Origin: Parcubacteria group bacterium
GTDB lineage: Bacteria > Patescibacteriota > Minisyncoccia > Moranbacterales > UBA2206
Length of the DNA stretch: 55,778 bases
Assembly: GCA_041659505.1 (NCBI GenBank)
Contig: JBAZYF010000005.1
Location: 1 to 55,778, forward strand
Reading direction: 5' to 3'
Shown piece after piece: positions 34,001 through 43,647 of the stretch (positions within the stretch are counted from its first letter, which is position 1; the number at the start of each line of letters is the position of its first letter). The notes below the pieces were generated by a model. That model was not told where the DNA came from. It saw only the letters and a program-made list of their open reading frames with translations, and did no database searches. A program made the translations under genes and the position numbers.

Positions 34001-35572
34001 ATGTTCGATATCCTCATTAAAAATGCCAATATTATCGATGGAACCGGGATACCGGCCTTTTTGGGTGATATTGGGATAAAGGATAGTAAGATTGCACGGA
34101 TCGGAGAGCTTGGTGATGAGCGGGCGACGATAGAGTTTGATGCAGAAGGGAAAACAGTATGCCCGGGGTTTGTCGATGTGAATAATCATAGCGATACTTA
34201 TTGGCGAATATTCCTGAGCCCAGATTTGGAAAGTTTGATCTATCAAGGTATAACGACAATTATCGGTGGAAATTGTGGAACATCACTAGCGCCATTAGCT
34301 ACGCCAACAACGATCGACGCGATTCAGAAGTGGGTGGATATCAAAAAAGTAAATATTAGCTGGTTGCGAGTTAAGGAATTTCTGGCCATCCTTCGGGATA
34401 AGAAAATCTCTCCTAACTTTGGGACACTGGTTGGACACGCAACGCTTCGGCGAGGAATCATAGGAGATGAAGTGCGTAGTCTTTTGCCAAGAGAGATTGA
34501 GATGCTCAAGAAAAATTTAAAGAAAGCAATGAAGGAGGGCGCTTTGGGAATGTCAACAGGACTCATTTATTCTCATGCTCGGCTGGCTCCGCTCGAGGAG
34601 CTAGTTGAACTTGCAAAAGTTGTAAAGAAATATGATGGTGTCTATGCGACGCATATCCGTTCTGAACAGAAAGACTTTCTTGAGGCAATCGAAGAAGCTT
34701 TAGAAATTGCGAGACTTTCCGGCGTCAAGTTGCATATTTCTCATTTGAAAGTGATCGGTGAAAAATATTGGCCAAAAATGGAAGCAGCTCTGGAGATTAT
34801 AACAAGTGCGAAAAAATCCGGCGTGGATGTGACTTTTGATGTTTACCCTTACACAGCGACAGGATCGGTGCTTTATTCATTTTTGCCTGTCTGGGTTTCA
34901 GAAGGTGGAAAAAAAATAATGCTCCACCGACTGAAGGATCCGGTCATTCGTGCCAAGGTGGTTTTGGAGATGCGAGAATCGGGATTTGATTATTCTAAGA
35001 TTAAAATTGCAATATCTCCGCTCAACAAAACTCTGGCGCGCCGTGATGTTTCTGAAATCGCCCGCAGTCAAGAGAAGTCCGTCGAGGAAGCTATAATAGA
35101 CATTCTAGTTGCTTCTGAGGGTATGGTAATTATCACCGTTGAAGCATTAAATGAGGAAAACATCAGACAGTCTCTCAATCATTCACTTTCAATTGTGGCG
35201 ACAAATGGTTCCGGCTATGATATTTCTCATTCCAAGACGGGCGAGCGGGTCCACCCGCGTAATTTCGGAACCTTCATAAAAGTATTGGAAAAATACGTCA
35301 GGACAGAGAAGCTTTTGAGTTGGGAAGCGGCGATCCATAAGATGACCCAGGCGCCGGCTGAAAAGTTTGCGCTCAAAAAACGCGGGGTCTTGAAAGAAAA
35401 TTATTTTGCTGATATAGTGATGTTTGATCGCAATAAGTTAAAAAGCCCGGCAACTATTGAAAATCCGTACCAGTACTCTCAGGGTATTGAGTTAGTCATA
35501 ATCAATGGAGAGATCGTGCTCAAGGATGGTGAGTATGCTGGAAATAGGAACGGCCAAGTGCTTTTGCGCTAA
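34001..35572 (+). CDS. D-aminoacylase-like amidohydrolase (N-acyl-D-amino-acid deacylase family)
   Basis: MFDILIKNANIIDGTG..PGFVDVNNHSD and family-typical length and C-terminus. The first metal-binding His of HxH is Asn. Confidence 0.65.
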   Translation: MFDILIKNANIIDGTGIPAFLGDIGIKDSKIARIGELGDERATIEFDAEGKTVCPGFVDVNNHSDTYWRIFLSPDLESLIYQGITTIIGGNCGTSLAPLATPTTIDAIQKWVDIKKVNISWLRVKEFLAILRDKKISPNFGTLVGHATLRRGIIGDEVRSLLPREIEMLKKNLKKAMKEGALGMSTGLIYSHARLAPLEELVELAKVVKKYDGVYATHIRSEQKDFLEAIEEALEIARLSGVKLHISHLKVIGEKYWPKMEAALEIITSAKKSGVDVTFDVYPYTATGSVLYSFLPVWVSEGGKKIMLHRLKDPVIRAKVVLEMRESGFDYSKIKIAISPLNKTLARRDVSEIARSQEKSVEEAIIDILVASEGMVIITVEALNEENIRQSLNHSLSIVATNGSGYDISHSKTGERVHPRNFGTFIKVLEKYVRTEKLLSWEAAIHKMTQAPAEKFALKKRGVLKENYFADIVMFDRNKLKSPATIENPYQYSQGIELVIINGEIVLKDGEYAGNRNGQVLLR

Positions 35573-35576
35573 AAAC

Positions 35577-36980
35577 ATGATGAATATCAACGACTTGAAA
35601 GGAAAAAAAGTGACAGTAATGGGACTGGGAATACATGGCGGGGGAGTCGCGACGGCTAGATTTTTAGCTTCTCTCGGCGCGCGCTTGGTTGTGACGGATC
35701 TGAAATCAAAAACAGAGCTGGTAGAATCAGTAAAGAAACTGGCCGATCTTAAGAATATTACTTTCGTTTTTAATCAACATCGACCGGAAGATTTTTCTCA
35801 AACTGATCTGGTGGTGAAAAATCCGGCGGTGCCTTGGAATAACAAGTATATCAAATTAGCCTTGGATAATAAGATTCCGGTGGAAATGGATTCCAGTCTG
35901 TTTTTTCGTCTGTGCAAGAATAAGATCATCGGCGTGACTGGCACGAAAGGCAAAACCACCACATCCAGTCTGATCCACGCTATCTTAAAAACGGCGCAAA
36001 AAGATGTCATCAAAGTGGGAATTAGCCAAGTGTCAGTCCTCGACAAATTAAAGGAGTTAAAAAAAGACACCATTGTGGTTTTTGAGATTTCCAGCTGGCG
36101 TCTTTCAGCTCTCGGTCGAGCGAAGCTTAGTCCTGAAATTTCCGTCATTACCAACCTGTATCCTGATCATCTTAATTATTATGGTTCGATGGAAAAATAT
36201 ATTGCGGATAAAGAAAATATTTTTTTGCATCAGAAAAAAACCGATTTTTGCGTCATCAATGTGGACAGTGAGCTGCTGGAGCAGAGTCGCAAGAAAATTC
36301 CAGCGCAGGTCGTGGAATTTTCTAGACAAGATATATCTTCGGAATACGGCGCTTCCATTAGAGAGGGTGGAGTATATCTGAAAAATAAGGCGGGGGAGAA
36401 AAAGATTTTAGAACTCTCAGAAATTACTCTGCGTGGTGCGCACAATCAAGAGAATATTTTGGCGGCCATCGCTGTTGCAGGAATTTTTGGCGTAGAGCCA
36501 AAAATTATCAAAAAAGCCATTGTGGAATTTGCCGGTAATCCGCACCGCCTGGAGTTGGTGCGAAAATTATCTGGCGTGGCCTATTATAATGATAGCGCGG
36601 CAACAACACCAGAGAGCGCGATTTCCGGCATTAAATCTTTTACTGAACCGCTAGTGCTTATTTGTGGAGGAGCAAACAAAAGCTTGGATGTCTCTGGCTT
36701 GGCCAAGGAAATTGCTAATAACAAAAATATAAAAAATTTAGTTTTTTTAGCGGGCGAGTCGACTGATCGGATGATTGAAAGCTTGCAAAAAGAAAGTGGT
36801 GTCCAAAAGGCTGAATTTTTGATTGCCAATTCGATGGCCGAAGCGATCAGGCTGGCAAGAGAGCAGGCAATTTCGGGTGATGTGGTTTTGTTATCTCCCG
36901 GTGCAGCAAGTTTTGGAATTTTTATCAACGAGTTTGACCGGGGGAATCAATTTCGGGAGATTGTGCGAGGATTGAAATAA
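35577..36980 (+). CDS. murD: UDP-N-acetylmuramoyl-L-alanine--D-glutamate ligase
   Basis: VMGLGIHGGGVATARFL, GVTGTKGKTTT, NPHRLE. Start placed at ATG 35577, after the upstream stop. Confidence 0.88.
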   Translation: MMNINDLKGKKVTVMGLGIHGGGVATARFLASLGARLVVTDLKSKTELVESVKKLADLKNITFVFNQHRPEDFSQTDLVVKNPAVPWNNKYIKLALDNKIPVEMDSSLFFRLCKNKIIGVTGTKGKTTTSSLIHAILKTAQKDVIKVGISQVSVLDKLKELKKDTIVVFEISSWRLSALGRAKLSPEISVITNLYPDHLNYYGSMEKYIADKENIFLHQKKTDFCVINVDSELLEQSRKKIPAQVVEFSRQDISSEYGASIREGGVYLKNKAGEKKILELSEITLRGAHNQENILAAIAVAGIFGVEPKIIKKAIVEFAGNPHRLELVRKLSGVAYYNDSAATTPESAISGIKSFTEPLVLICGGANKSLDVSGLAKEIANNKNIKNLVFLAGESTDRMIESLQKESGVQKAEFLIANSMAEAIRLAREQAISGDVVLLSPGAASFGIFINEFDRGNQFREIVRGLK

Positions 36981-37047
36981 TTATGAGCTTGTGAAATTGT
37001 TTATTTCTAGTATAATAATAAATATGGCAGTTAAATAAAAAAAGAAC

Positions 37048-38850
37048 ATGAAAAATAAAAAATTCCTTAATAAAAATAAAAGATTTTATTTGTTTGTTTG
37101 TTTGTGTTGTTTTGTTTTTTTAGGAAAAGCTAATTATATACAAGCCGCCTGGGAAGAAGTATATGACTTTTCTTCGTCAATCGAAAGACCACAAATTGGT
37201 TTTGATTCTTCTGGTGAATTTCCTTTCATTGCAGAGCCATTATCTTCAGAAATAAGTTTTCCCCAATTCGACGGCTCTTTGTTTGGGGATGTTTTTGCAT
37301 CATCAATTTCGGATGATTTTCATGATTCCTATCGGCCAAGAAATATAAAATTAGTCAAAGCCGCATCTTCTGGTGATTTTTTTCTGACTTACCAAAAAGG
37401 AATAAGTGATACTTCTGGGTTAATTATTTTAATGAAACTAGTGGATGAACAATGGCAAGAAATATCCTCTATAGATAGTGCTGAAGTTGATAGTGGATTC
37501 GTCGATATCAATAGTTATGATATTTCAATAGCACCAGTTTCAAATGATGTGTATGTTTCCTATATAACTTCCAATGCTCAGTCTCAGACAAAAATAAAAA
37601 TTGCTAAGCTTAATGGCGGTGTATTTGATTTTATAGGAAGTTGGGATGGGGATGAGGAAGTAAATTCTATTTATTATGATCCCCAAGATATTAATATAAG
37701 CGTACAGCCAACAACTGGTGATTTATTTTTGTCGCTTGGTTATTCAATTGGAAGCTCGTTTCCTCTTCATGTCCATACTATTCCTTATGTAAGAAGGTAT
37801 TCGTCGGGAAGCTGGTCTGATTTTAATACAGATATTTTTCCTCAGGAAGCCTGTTCTAGAGTTTCTAAGGTTCTTTTCGATCAGGGATCCAATGATCCGA
37901 TTTTGATTTGTTCTCAGTTTTACGGAGTAGGTGCTTATAAATTTTCCGGTTCAAGTTGGTCAGAAATAGGGTCAGATCTTAATACCAGCGAAAATCAGTT
38001 GAATTATCTCTATGATGTCTATGCTAAGATGGATACGCATAATAGGATTTTTCTTGCTTACACTAAGCAGACCAGTGCAACTTATGGTTGGCCTAATTTG
38101 GCAATCCTTGATTTAGAAGAAGTCGGTGGTGACTGGACGAATATAGCGGTTGATACTGCCGATGGCTATAATGTCTATGACCTAGTATTGCAACCGGTAA
38201 CTTTAGCTCCCTATGTAATTACGGGAAATGAAGCCGAAACTGATTATGTACTATCTCGTTATCCTGGGGAATTTGAGGTTTCTCCTCCGGATGCTTACCC
38301 TGATAGCGCATTGACGCATGTAATCCCAATTTCCGTAACACTTTCTTCGTCAACTTCAGGCGCCTCAATCTACTATACAACAAATGGTACAATTCCCACC
38401 ACAGGATCGACTCTCTATTCCGGAGTGATTAATATTTCCAGTACTACTATACTAAGGGCAATTGCAGTTAAAGATGGATGGGTAAATAGCAATGTCGTTG
38501 CTTATTATTACACAGTAGATCAAGTTGCCCCAGTTATTACAAATGTGGTGCTGAGCAATATAACTACTACGGGGGCTAATGTAGCTTTTAATACAAGTGA
38601 GAATGTCATATCGACAATGATTGAATATGGACCTGATACGAATTATGGCTATAGCGTGGCGGGTAGTTCTTATTTACTTGATCATTCTATTAATATTGGC
38701 TCCCTTAGCCAGAATACGCATTATCATTATCGAGTAGCAGCTTTGGATTATGCTGGTAATTATGGCTATGGAACTGATGGAAATTTTACCACTCAGACTG
38801 TCGGTGATGTTACTCCGCCAATACCACCAGGCGGACTTAGCGTGAATTGA
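37048..38850 (+). CDS. secreted repeat protein with a chitobiase/FN3-associated C-terminal domain, an FN3-like domain and the same C-terminal tail as the beta-helix array
   Basis: Signal peptide; W-containing propeller-like repeats (SGSWSDF, SGSSWSEIGS, GGDWTNIA); ASIYYTTNGTIPTTGSTLY..TTILRAIAV; tail DVTPPIPPGGLSVN-stop. Confidence 0.65.
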   Translation: MKNKKFLNKNKRFYLFVCLCCFVFLGKANYIQAAWEEVYDFSSSIERPQIGFDSSGEFPFIAEPLSSEISFPQFDGSLFGDVFASSISDDFHDSYRPRNIKLVKAASSGDFFLTYQKGISDTSGLIILMKLVDEQWQEISSIDSAEVDSGFVDINSYDISIAPVSNDVYVSYITSNAQSQTKIKIAKLNGGVFDFIGSWDGDEEVNSIYYDPQDINISVQPTTGDLFLSLGYSIGSSFPLHVHTIPYVRRYSSGSWSDFNTDIFPQEACSRVSKVLFDQGSNDPILICSQFYGVGAYKFSGSSWSEIGSDLNTSENQLNYLYDVYAKMDTHNRIFLAYTKQTSATYGWPNLAILDLEEVGGDWTNIAVDTADGYNVYDLVLQPVTLAPYVITGNEAETDYVLSRYPGEFEVSPPDAYPDSALTHVIPISVTLSSSTSGASIYYTTNGTIPTTGSTLYSGVINISSTTILRAIAVKDGWVNSNVVAYYYTVDQVAPVITNVVLSNITTTGANVAFNTSENVISTMIEYGPDTNYGYSVAGSSYLLDHSINIGSLSQNTHYHYRVAALDYAGNYGYGTDGNFTTQTVGDVTPPIPPGGLSVN

Positions 38851-39039
38851 ATATATCTATTTCAAAAGATTATTTTCAGGGTCGAAACGATACTGAGTTT
38901 GCGTATTCTCCAGAATTAATCTTCAATACGCATAGTTTATTTTTCGTTCATTTAGTCTTCATGAGAGTGAAAATTTTTTGGACCAATCTTGACTATAGAT
39001 AAGATTGCTTTTGGTAAACGCGTCAGTCCTGCCATGGCC

Positions 39040-39068
39040 TGGACAAATTGTTTTTTGTTGTCTATAAT
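39040..39068 (+). promoter_or_regulatory. sigma70-like promoter for the tRNA pair
   Basis: TGGACA-17 nt-TATAAT, about 30 nt upstream of tRNA-Ile. Confidence 0.5.
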
Positions 39069-39097
39069 GACAAATAGTTGTTTTGGGGGGTAAATAT

Positions 39098-39171
39098 GGG
39101 CGATTAGCTCAGTTGGTTAGAGCGCGTCACTGATAATGACGAGGTCGGAGATTCGAGTTCTCCATCGCCCA
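39098..39171 (+). tRNA. tRNA-Ile (anticodon GAT)
   Basis: Acceptor stem GGGCGAT/ATCGCCC, anticodon loop CTGATAA, T-arm GGTTCGAGTTC-type. No encoded CCA. Confidence 0.9.
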
Positions 39172-39199
39172 CGTGAAAGTAAGATTTAGTTAAAAATAA

Positions 39200-39272
39200 G
39201 GGCCCTTAGCTCATTTGGTAGAGCACCTGCTTTGCAAGCAGGGGGTGATCGGTTCGAGCCCGATAGGGTCCA
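39200..39272 (+). tRNA. tRNA-Ala (anticodon TGC)
   Basis: Acceptor stem GGGCCCT/AGGGTCC with the G3:U70 alanine identity pair, anticodon loop TTTGCAA, T-loop GGTTCGAGCC. Confidence 0.9.
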
Positions 39273-39303
39273 CTAAGTATTCTCCGTTTAGCCAAGGATG
39301 GAA

Positions 39304-39329
39304 AAAACGCTTGACAAGAGCGTTTTTTT
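39304..39329 (+). terminator. intrinsic terminator after the tRNA pair
   Basis: AAAACGCT-tgacaag-AGCGTTTT followed by a T-run. Confidence 0.7.
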
Positions 39330-39339
39330 GTGCTAAAAT
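39311..39339 (+). promoter_or_regulatory. sigma70-like promoter overlapping the terminator
   Basis: TTGACA-17 nt-TAAAAT with a TGc extended -10. It is followed by a leader of about 230 nt before the ORF at 39578. Confidence 0.55.
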
Positions 39340-39577
39340 TACAGGTTGGTAAAAAAGATTGCAAAAAATGGTTTTTAGTGTAAAATGAGAAAATCGAATC
39401 AGTAGAGATATTATTTTGTAAACAGGATTTATTGAATAATATTTCAGATGATTTTAATTGATAGATAATATTTGTAACGACAATTTATCTATTGGAACAG
39501 TTCTTTGTGATTGGAAGCGCCTCGCACGAGGCGTTAGTAGAAAGGAGTTAACTCTCAAAAGAAGGAGATAGCTATTA

Positions 39578-39835
39578 ATGGCAAAGGGAGTCACTACCGC
39601 GTATTCCGCGGGAAAAGTTAACCAACTAAGGATTAAGGTTAGGGAGGAGCTTGAGAAGGGTATCGATCCAGCTGGACGTTACATTCTGGGCAACATGGCC
39701 TATCTAACACGAGAAGCGATTGAAAGAGTGCTCATTGCTGAGTATGAAAAATCGCTTGGGGAAATGGAATTAAGTGAAATTCTCAAAAAGTTCGTGTTGG
39801 AAAATAAGAATTATCGGGTCATGCTTGATCAATAA
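39578..39835 (+). CDS. small hypothetical protein (85 aa, helical, charged)
   Basis: Strong RBS GAAGGAGA 9 nt upstream of the ATG. No family recognised. Confidence 0.55.
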   Translation: MAKGVTTAYSAGKVNQLRIKVREELEKGIDPAGRYILGNMAYLTREAIERVLIAEYEKSLGEMELSEILKKFVLENKNYRVMLDQ

Positions 39836-39873
39836 TTACTTGTTATGTCTAAGTTTTTAACCTTAGCGAAAAA

Positions 39874-39901
39874 GAGAGCAGGCCGACGTGTCGTCCTGCT
39901 C
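39874..39901. terminator. bidirectional terminator hairpin between convergent genes
   Basis: AGAGCAGG-ccgacgtgtcgt-CCTGCTCT with flanking A and T runs. Confidence 0.6.
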
Positions 39902-39926
39902 TTTAACATTTTCATGGCATGTCTTG

Positions 39927-42900
39927 CTAATAACTTTCCACCATCGCCCCTGGAATCAGTTTTTTTATTTCATTTTCCAGATCAATACTTTTCGATATGC
40001 AGTAGGGGGTTTCTAGTTTCGTGCCGCTGATTTTGAGATAGACTTTTGTGTCGCCGGGTTGGCATTTTCCAAAATGGGCAGAAAGAGTTTTTAGAGTTTC
40101 TTGGTCGGAGGCTTGGGGGAGAGTTACAATAATTTTCGGCTTTTCATTTGGTACTGCTTCGACGGTATTTTTTTGTGCCGGAACGGCGGGCGCCGGGTGG
40201 GTGCCGTTGGTTTTTTGGGTGGCGATGATGCGGGCACGCTGTTCCATTTCTTGCTGGTTTATCACCTTAGCACTGTCGACCAAGAGTTTGAAGCTGCCAT
40301 CTTTGTCGGAAATTTTTCCTGAAGCGAGGAGGACTTTGTCTTCGGTCCAAAGTGAGCCGGTGGCTTCGAGGACTTTGGGAAAGACGAGCAACTCAATATT
40401 GGAATACATATCTTCAATCGTGGCAAAGAGCATTGTTTTTTGGTTTTTGAGAAAAATCTTTTTGATTTTCGTGACTACTCCACCGAGCGTAATTTCTTGT
40501 CCGACCAGATCTTTGCCAATGTTGCGGATGGGAACAGCAACCGAATCGATATAGGCTTGAAAATCAGCGGCTGGGTGGCCACTAATGTAGAGCCCGATCA
40601 GTTCTTTTTCCCAGGCCAGTTGTTGTTTTTTGGTAGCAGGAAAAGTGGGCAAGAGTTGGATTTCCGGACTGGCTAATTCGGCTTCTCCAAAGAGACTGAC
40701 TTGGTTGGAATTTTTGTTTTTCTGGAAATTTTTGGAATGGGAAAGAATGTTTTCAATTGATGCGACGATCTGGTTTCTCTCGCCCAAATCTTCCAAAGCG
40801 CCGACTTTGGCTAAGGCCTCGATCGATTTTTTGTTGAGATCTTTTGATTCGACCCGCTCGATAAAATTAGCGAGACTCGTGAAGCGTCCACCTCTTTTTC
40901 TTTCTTCGACAATCTCGTGCGCAACGGTATGCCCGACATTTTTGACGGCGTTCAGTCCAAAACGGATCTTCTCAGATTTAGTTTCCGGATCGATTATGAC
41001 AGAAAATTCTTCGAAACTTTCATTGACATTTGGTGGCAAGACTTCGATGCCCATTTCTCGACATTCAGTTACTTCGATGGCGACGCGGTCAATATCATCT
41101 TGGTCGGAAGTGAGGAGTGCGGCCATAAACTCGGCCGGGTAGTGCGCTTTGAGATAAGCTGTCTGATAGCCGATGAGGGCATAGCAAGCGGCGTGGGAAC
41201 GGTTGAACCCATAACCGGCGAATGGTTCGATATAGGCAAAAACTTTTTCGGCCACTTTGCGTTCTGTGCCGAGCTTCACTGCGCAGTCGATAAATTTAAT
41301 TTTTTGTTCGGCAATGAGGGCGAAGATTTTTTTGCCCATCGCTTTACGCAAAACATCCGCTTCGCCGAGCGTGAAACCGGCCAAGGCTTGCGCGATCTGC
41401 ATCACTTGTTCTTGATAGACGGCCACGCCATAGGTCTTTTCTAGGATCGGTTTTAATTTCGGGTGGAGATATTGGATCGATTTTTCGCCGTGTTTTCGGG
41501 CGATGAAATCGGGAATCCAGTCCATCGGTCCTGGTCGGTAGAGGGCAACCATGGCGATGATATCTTCAAAGACAGAGGGTTGGAGCAGCTTTAGATAGCG
41601 TTTCATTCCGGAACTTTCCAATTGGAAAACGCCAGTTGTCATAGCTTTTTGCAGAAGTTTGAATGTGTCCGGATCGGCTTCCGGAATATCATCAATTTTG
41701 AGATCAATATTTTTGGTGCGTTTCAAGATCCGCATCGCGTTTTGCATGATAGTAAGATTTTTCAATCCCAGAAAGTCCATCTTGAGAAGTCCGATCTTTT
41801 CTACATAACTGGATTTGGTCGAAGAAGAATATTGTGTAACTAAACCTTCTTTTTTGCCTTGCATTTTTTGTACGGGAGTATATTCCGTTACTGGATCTCG
41901 GGTAATGACGACGCCACAAGCATGCATCGAAGCGTGGCGCACGACGCCTTCCAGGCGTTTGGCGCTATCGATCAATTTTTTAGAGTCTTCGCCGGAAGCA
42001 TAAAAATCTTTGAACTCTTTGACATTTTCCAAAGCTTCGGCCATCGTGGAAAACATCGGAATGAGTTTGGCAGTCTTGTCGCAAAAGTCATAGGGGTAAT
42101 TGAGCGCGCGACCGGCGTCACGGATGGCGGCGCGGGCAGCCATCGTTCCAAAAGTGATGATCTGGGCGACATGGTCGTTGCCATATTTTCCCCGAACATA
42201 ATCCAACACTTCATCGCGTCGGTCGTCGGCAAAGTCCATATCAATATCAGGCATCGAGATTCTTTCCGGATTCAAAAATCTTTCAAACAGCAAATCATAT
42301 TTGATCGGGTCGAGATTGGTGATTCCGATTAGATAGGAAACAAAACTGCCAGCGGCACTGCCACGGCCCGGTCCAACGACGATGCCCTGATCTTTCGCCC
42401 AGTTGATCATATCTTGCACGATGAGAAAGTAGGAAGCAAAGCCGGTTTTTTCAATTATGGAAAGTTCATATTCCATCCGATCGCGGTGAACTTGCATGAC
42501 ATCTTCCGGTTGGTAGCGTTTTTGCATCCCTTCCTCAGTCAGTTTGCGCAGATAAGTCTCGGTCGTTTCGCCTTCCGGTACGCCAAAATATGGCAGCTGC
42601 GTTTCGCCCAGTTTAATTTCTAAATTACATTTATCAACAACTTCTTGGGTATTGGCCAATGCCTCCGGAACATGTTTAAAATGGTCAGCCATTTCCTCTG
42701 GGCTTTTGAGATAGAGTTTGAAATCCATCATGTTCATGCGATCTTTTTCTTCCACCTTGCGGTTCATTTGGATGCACAGCAAAATATCTTGCACGGGTGC
42801 GTCGGCTTCATTGACGTAATGAATGTCATTGGTGGCGACGAGGGGGATATTGCATTTTTTGGAGATGCTAATCAATGCGTCATTGGCGATTTGTTGCGGA

Positions 42901-43463
42901 GCAAAATTGGGATGATGCATAAGCTCCAAATAGAAATTTCCGGCGCCAAAAATATCCTGGTATTCTAGGGCTAAGTTTTCGGCTTTTTCCAAATTGCCGG
43001 AAACGGCGGCGGATGGCACTTCGCCTTCCGTGCAAGCACTGAGCCCTATGAGTCCTTCGGAGTGAGAGCGGAGCACTGTTTTGTCGATGCGGGGTTTGTA
43101 ATAAAATCCTTCGAGATGAGCGATGGTGATGAGGCGCATCAGATTTTTGTAACCCGCTTCATTTTTAGCCAAGAGGATGAGGTGATGACGTTTACGATCG
43201 GCCGAGTCAGGATTTTTACTGTGCAGATCGGTCGGTGTGATATACATCTCGCAACCGATGATCGGTTTGATTCCGCGCGCCTTGGCTTTGATATAGAACT
43301 CGATCGCGCCATAGAGCACGCCATGATCAGTGATCGCAAGCGATTCCATCCCAAGTTCTTTGGCGCGGTCGAGAATATCATCGATCTTGGCCAGGCCATC
43401 AAGGAGAGAGAAATGGGTGTGGACGTGGAGGTGAGTAAATTTTGGGGATAAAATTTCTGACAT
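39927..43463 (-). CDS. dnaE: DNA polymerase III alpha subunit
   Basis: PHP domain FTHLHVHTHFSLLDG, palm/fingers motifs (PDIDMDF, GLLKMDFLGL), OB-fold C-terminal region. 1178 aa. Confidence 0.95.
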   Translation of the reverse strand: MSEILSPKFTHLHVHTHFSLLDGLAKIDDILDRAKELGMESLAITDHGVLYGAIEFYIKAKARGIKPIIGCEMYITPTDLHSKNPDSADRKRHHLILLAKNEAGYKNLMRLITIAHLEGFYYKPRIDKTVLRSHSEGLIGLSACTEGEVPSAAVSGNLEKAENLALEYQDIFGAGNFYLELMHHPNFAPQQIANDALISISKKCNIPLVATNDIHYVNEADAPVQDILLCIQMNRKVEEKDRMNMMDFKLYLKSPEEMADHFKHVPEALANTQEVVDKCNLEIKLGETQLPYFGVPEGETTETYLRKLTEEGMQKRYQPEDVMQVHRDRMEYELSIIEKTGFASYFLIVQDMINWAKDQGIVVGPGRGSAAGSFVSYLIGITNLDPIKYDLLFERFLNPERISMPDIDMDFADDRRDEVLDYVRGKYGNDHVAQIITFGTMAARAAIRDAGRALNYPYDFCDKTAKLIPMFSTMAEALENVKEFKDFYASGEDSKKLIDSAKRLEGVVRHASMHACGVVITRDPVTEYTPVQKMQGKKEGLVTQYSSSTKSSYVEKIGLLKMDFLGLKNLTIMQNAMRILKRTKNIDLKIDDIPEADPDTFKLLQKAMTTGVFQLESSGMKRYLKLLQPSVFEDIIAMVALYRPGPMDWIPDFIARKHGEKSIQYLHPKLKPILEKTYGVAVYQEQVMQIAQALAGFTLGEADVLRKAMGKKIFALIAEQKIKFIDCAVKLGTERKVAEKVFAYIEPFAGYGFNRSHAACYALIGYQTAYLKAHYPAEFMAALLTSDQDDIDRVAIEVTECREMGIEVLPPNVNESFEEFSVIIDPETKSEKIRFGLNAVKNVGHTVAHEIVEERKRGGRFTSLANFIERVESKDLNKKSIEALAKVGALEDLGERNQIVASIENILSHSKNFQKNKNSNQVSLFGEAELASPEIQLLPTFPATKKQQLAWEKELIGLYISGHPAADFQAYIDSVAVPIRNIGKDLVGQEITLGGVVTKIKKIFLKNQKTMLFATIEDMYSNIELLVFPKVLEATGSLWTEDKVLLASGKISDKDGSFKLLVDSAKVINQQEMEQRARIIATQKTNGTHPAPAVPAQKNTVEAVPNEKPKIIVTLPQASDQETLKTLSAHFGKCQPGDTKVYLKISGTKLETPYCISKSIDLENEIKKLIPGAMVESY

Positions 43464-43485
43464 AATGTTATTTGTGATTTTATTT

Positions 43486-43647
43486 ATATCCTCCTCTCCC
43501 CTCGGGAGAGGATGTCCGAAGGACAGGTGAGGGCAAGGGTAATAATAAAAAGTAAGAATGTTCTAAATAGGAAAGTGATAATTTAATCAAACGCCCTTTC
43601 CCTCATCCGGCCTTCGGCCACCTTCTCCCTAAGGGCGAAGGGGATAT
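43486..43647. repeat. family B MITE-like element, copy 1
   Basis: Ends ATATCCTCCTCTCCCCTCGGGAGAGGATGTCCGAAGGACAGGTGAGGG / CCCTCATCCGGCCTTCGGCCACCTTCTCCCTAAGGGCGAAGGGGATAT. Second copy at 54769..54922. Confidence 0.75.

Noticed and set aside
38851-39097. Looked for rRNA or another gene upstream of the tRNA pair.
   Set aside because: No ORF and no rRNA-like conserved stretches were found. Only a promoter and a possible degenerate family D arm are present.
39845-40030. A 61-aa + strand ORF after the small orphan gene.
   Set aside because: It spans the terminator hairpin and overlaps the dnaE 3' end. It has no RBS.
40048-43451. A series of + strand ORFs (up to 175 aa) across this interval.
   Set aside because: All lie antisense to the clearly recognisable dnaE gene. 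They have no start context or family signatures and are shadow ORFs.
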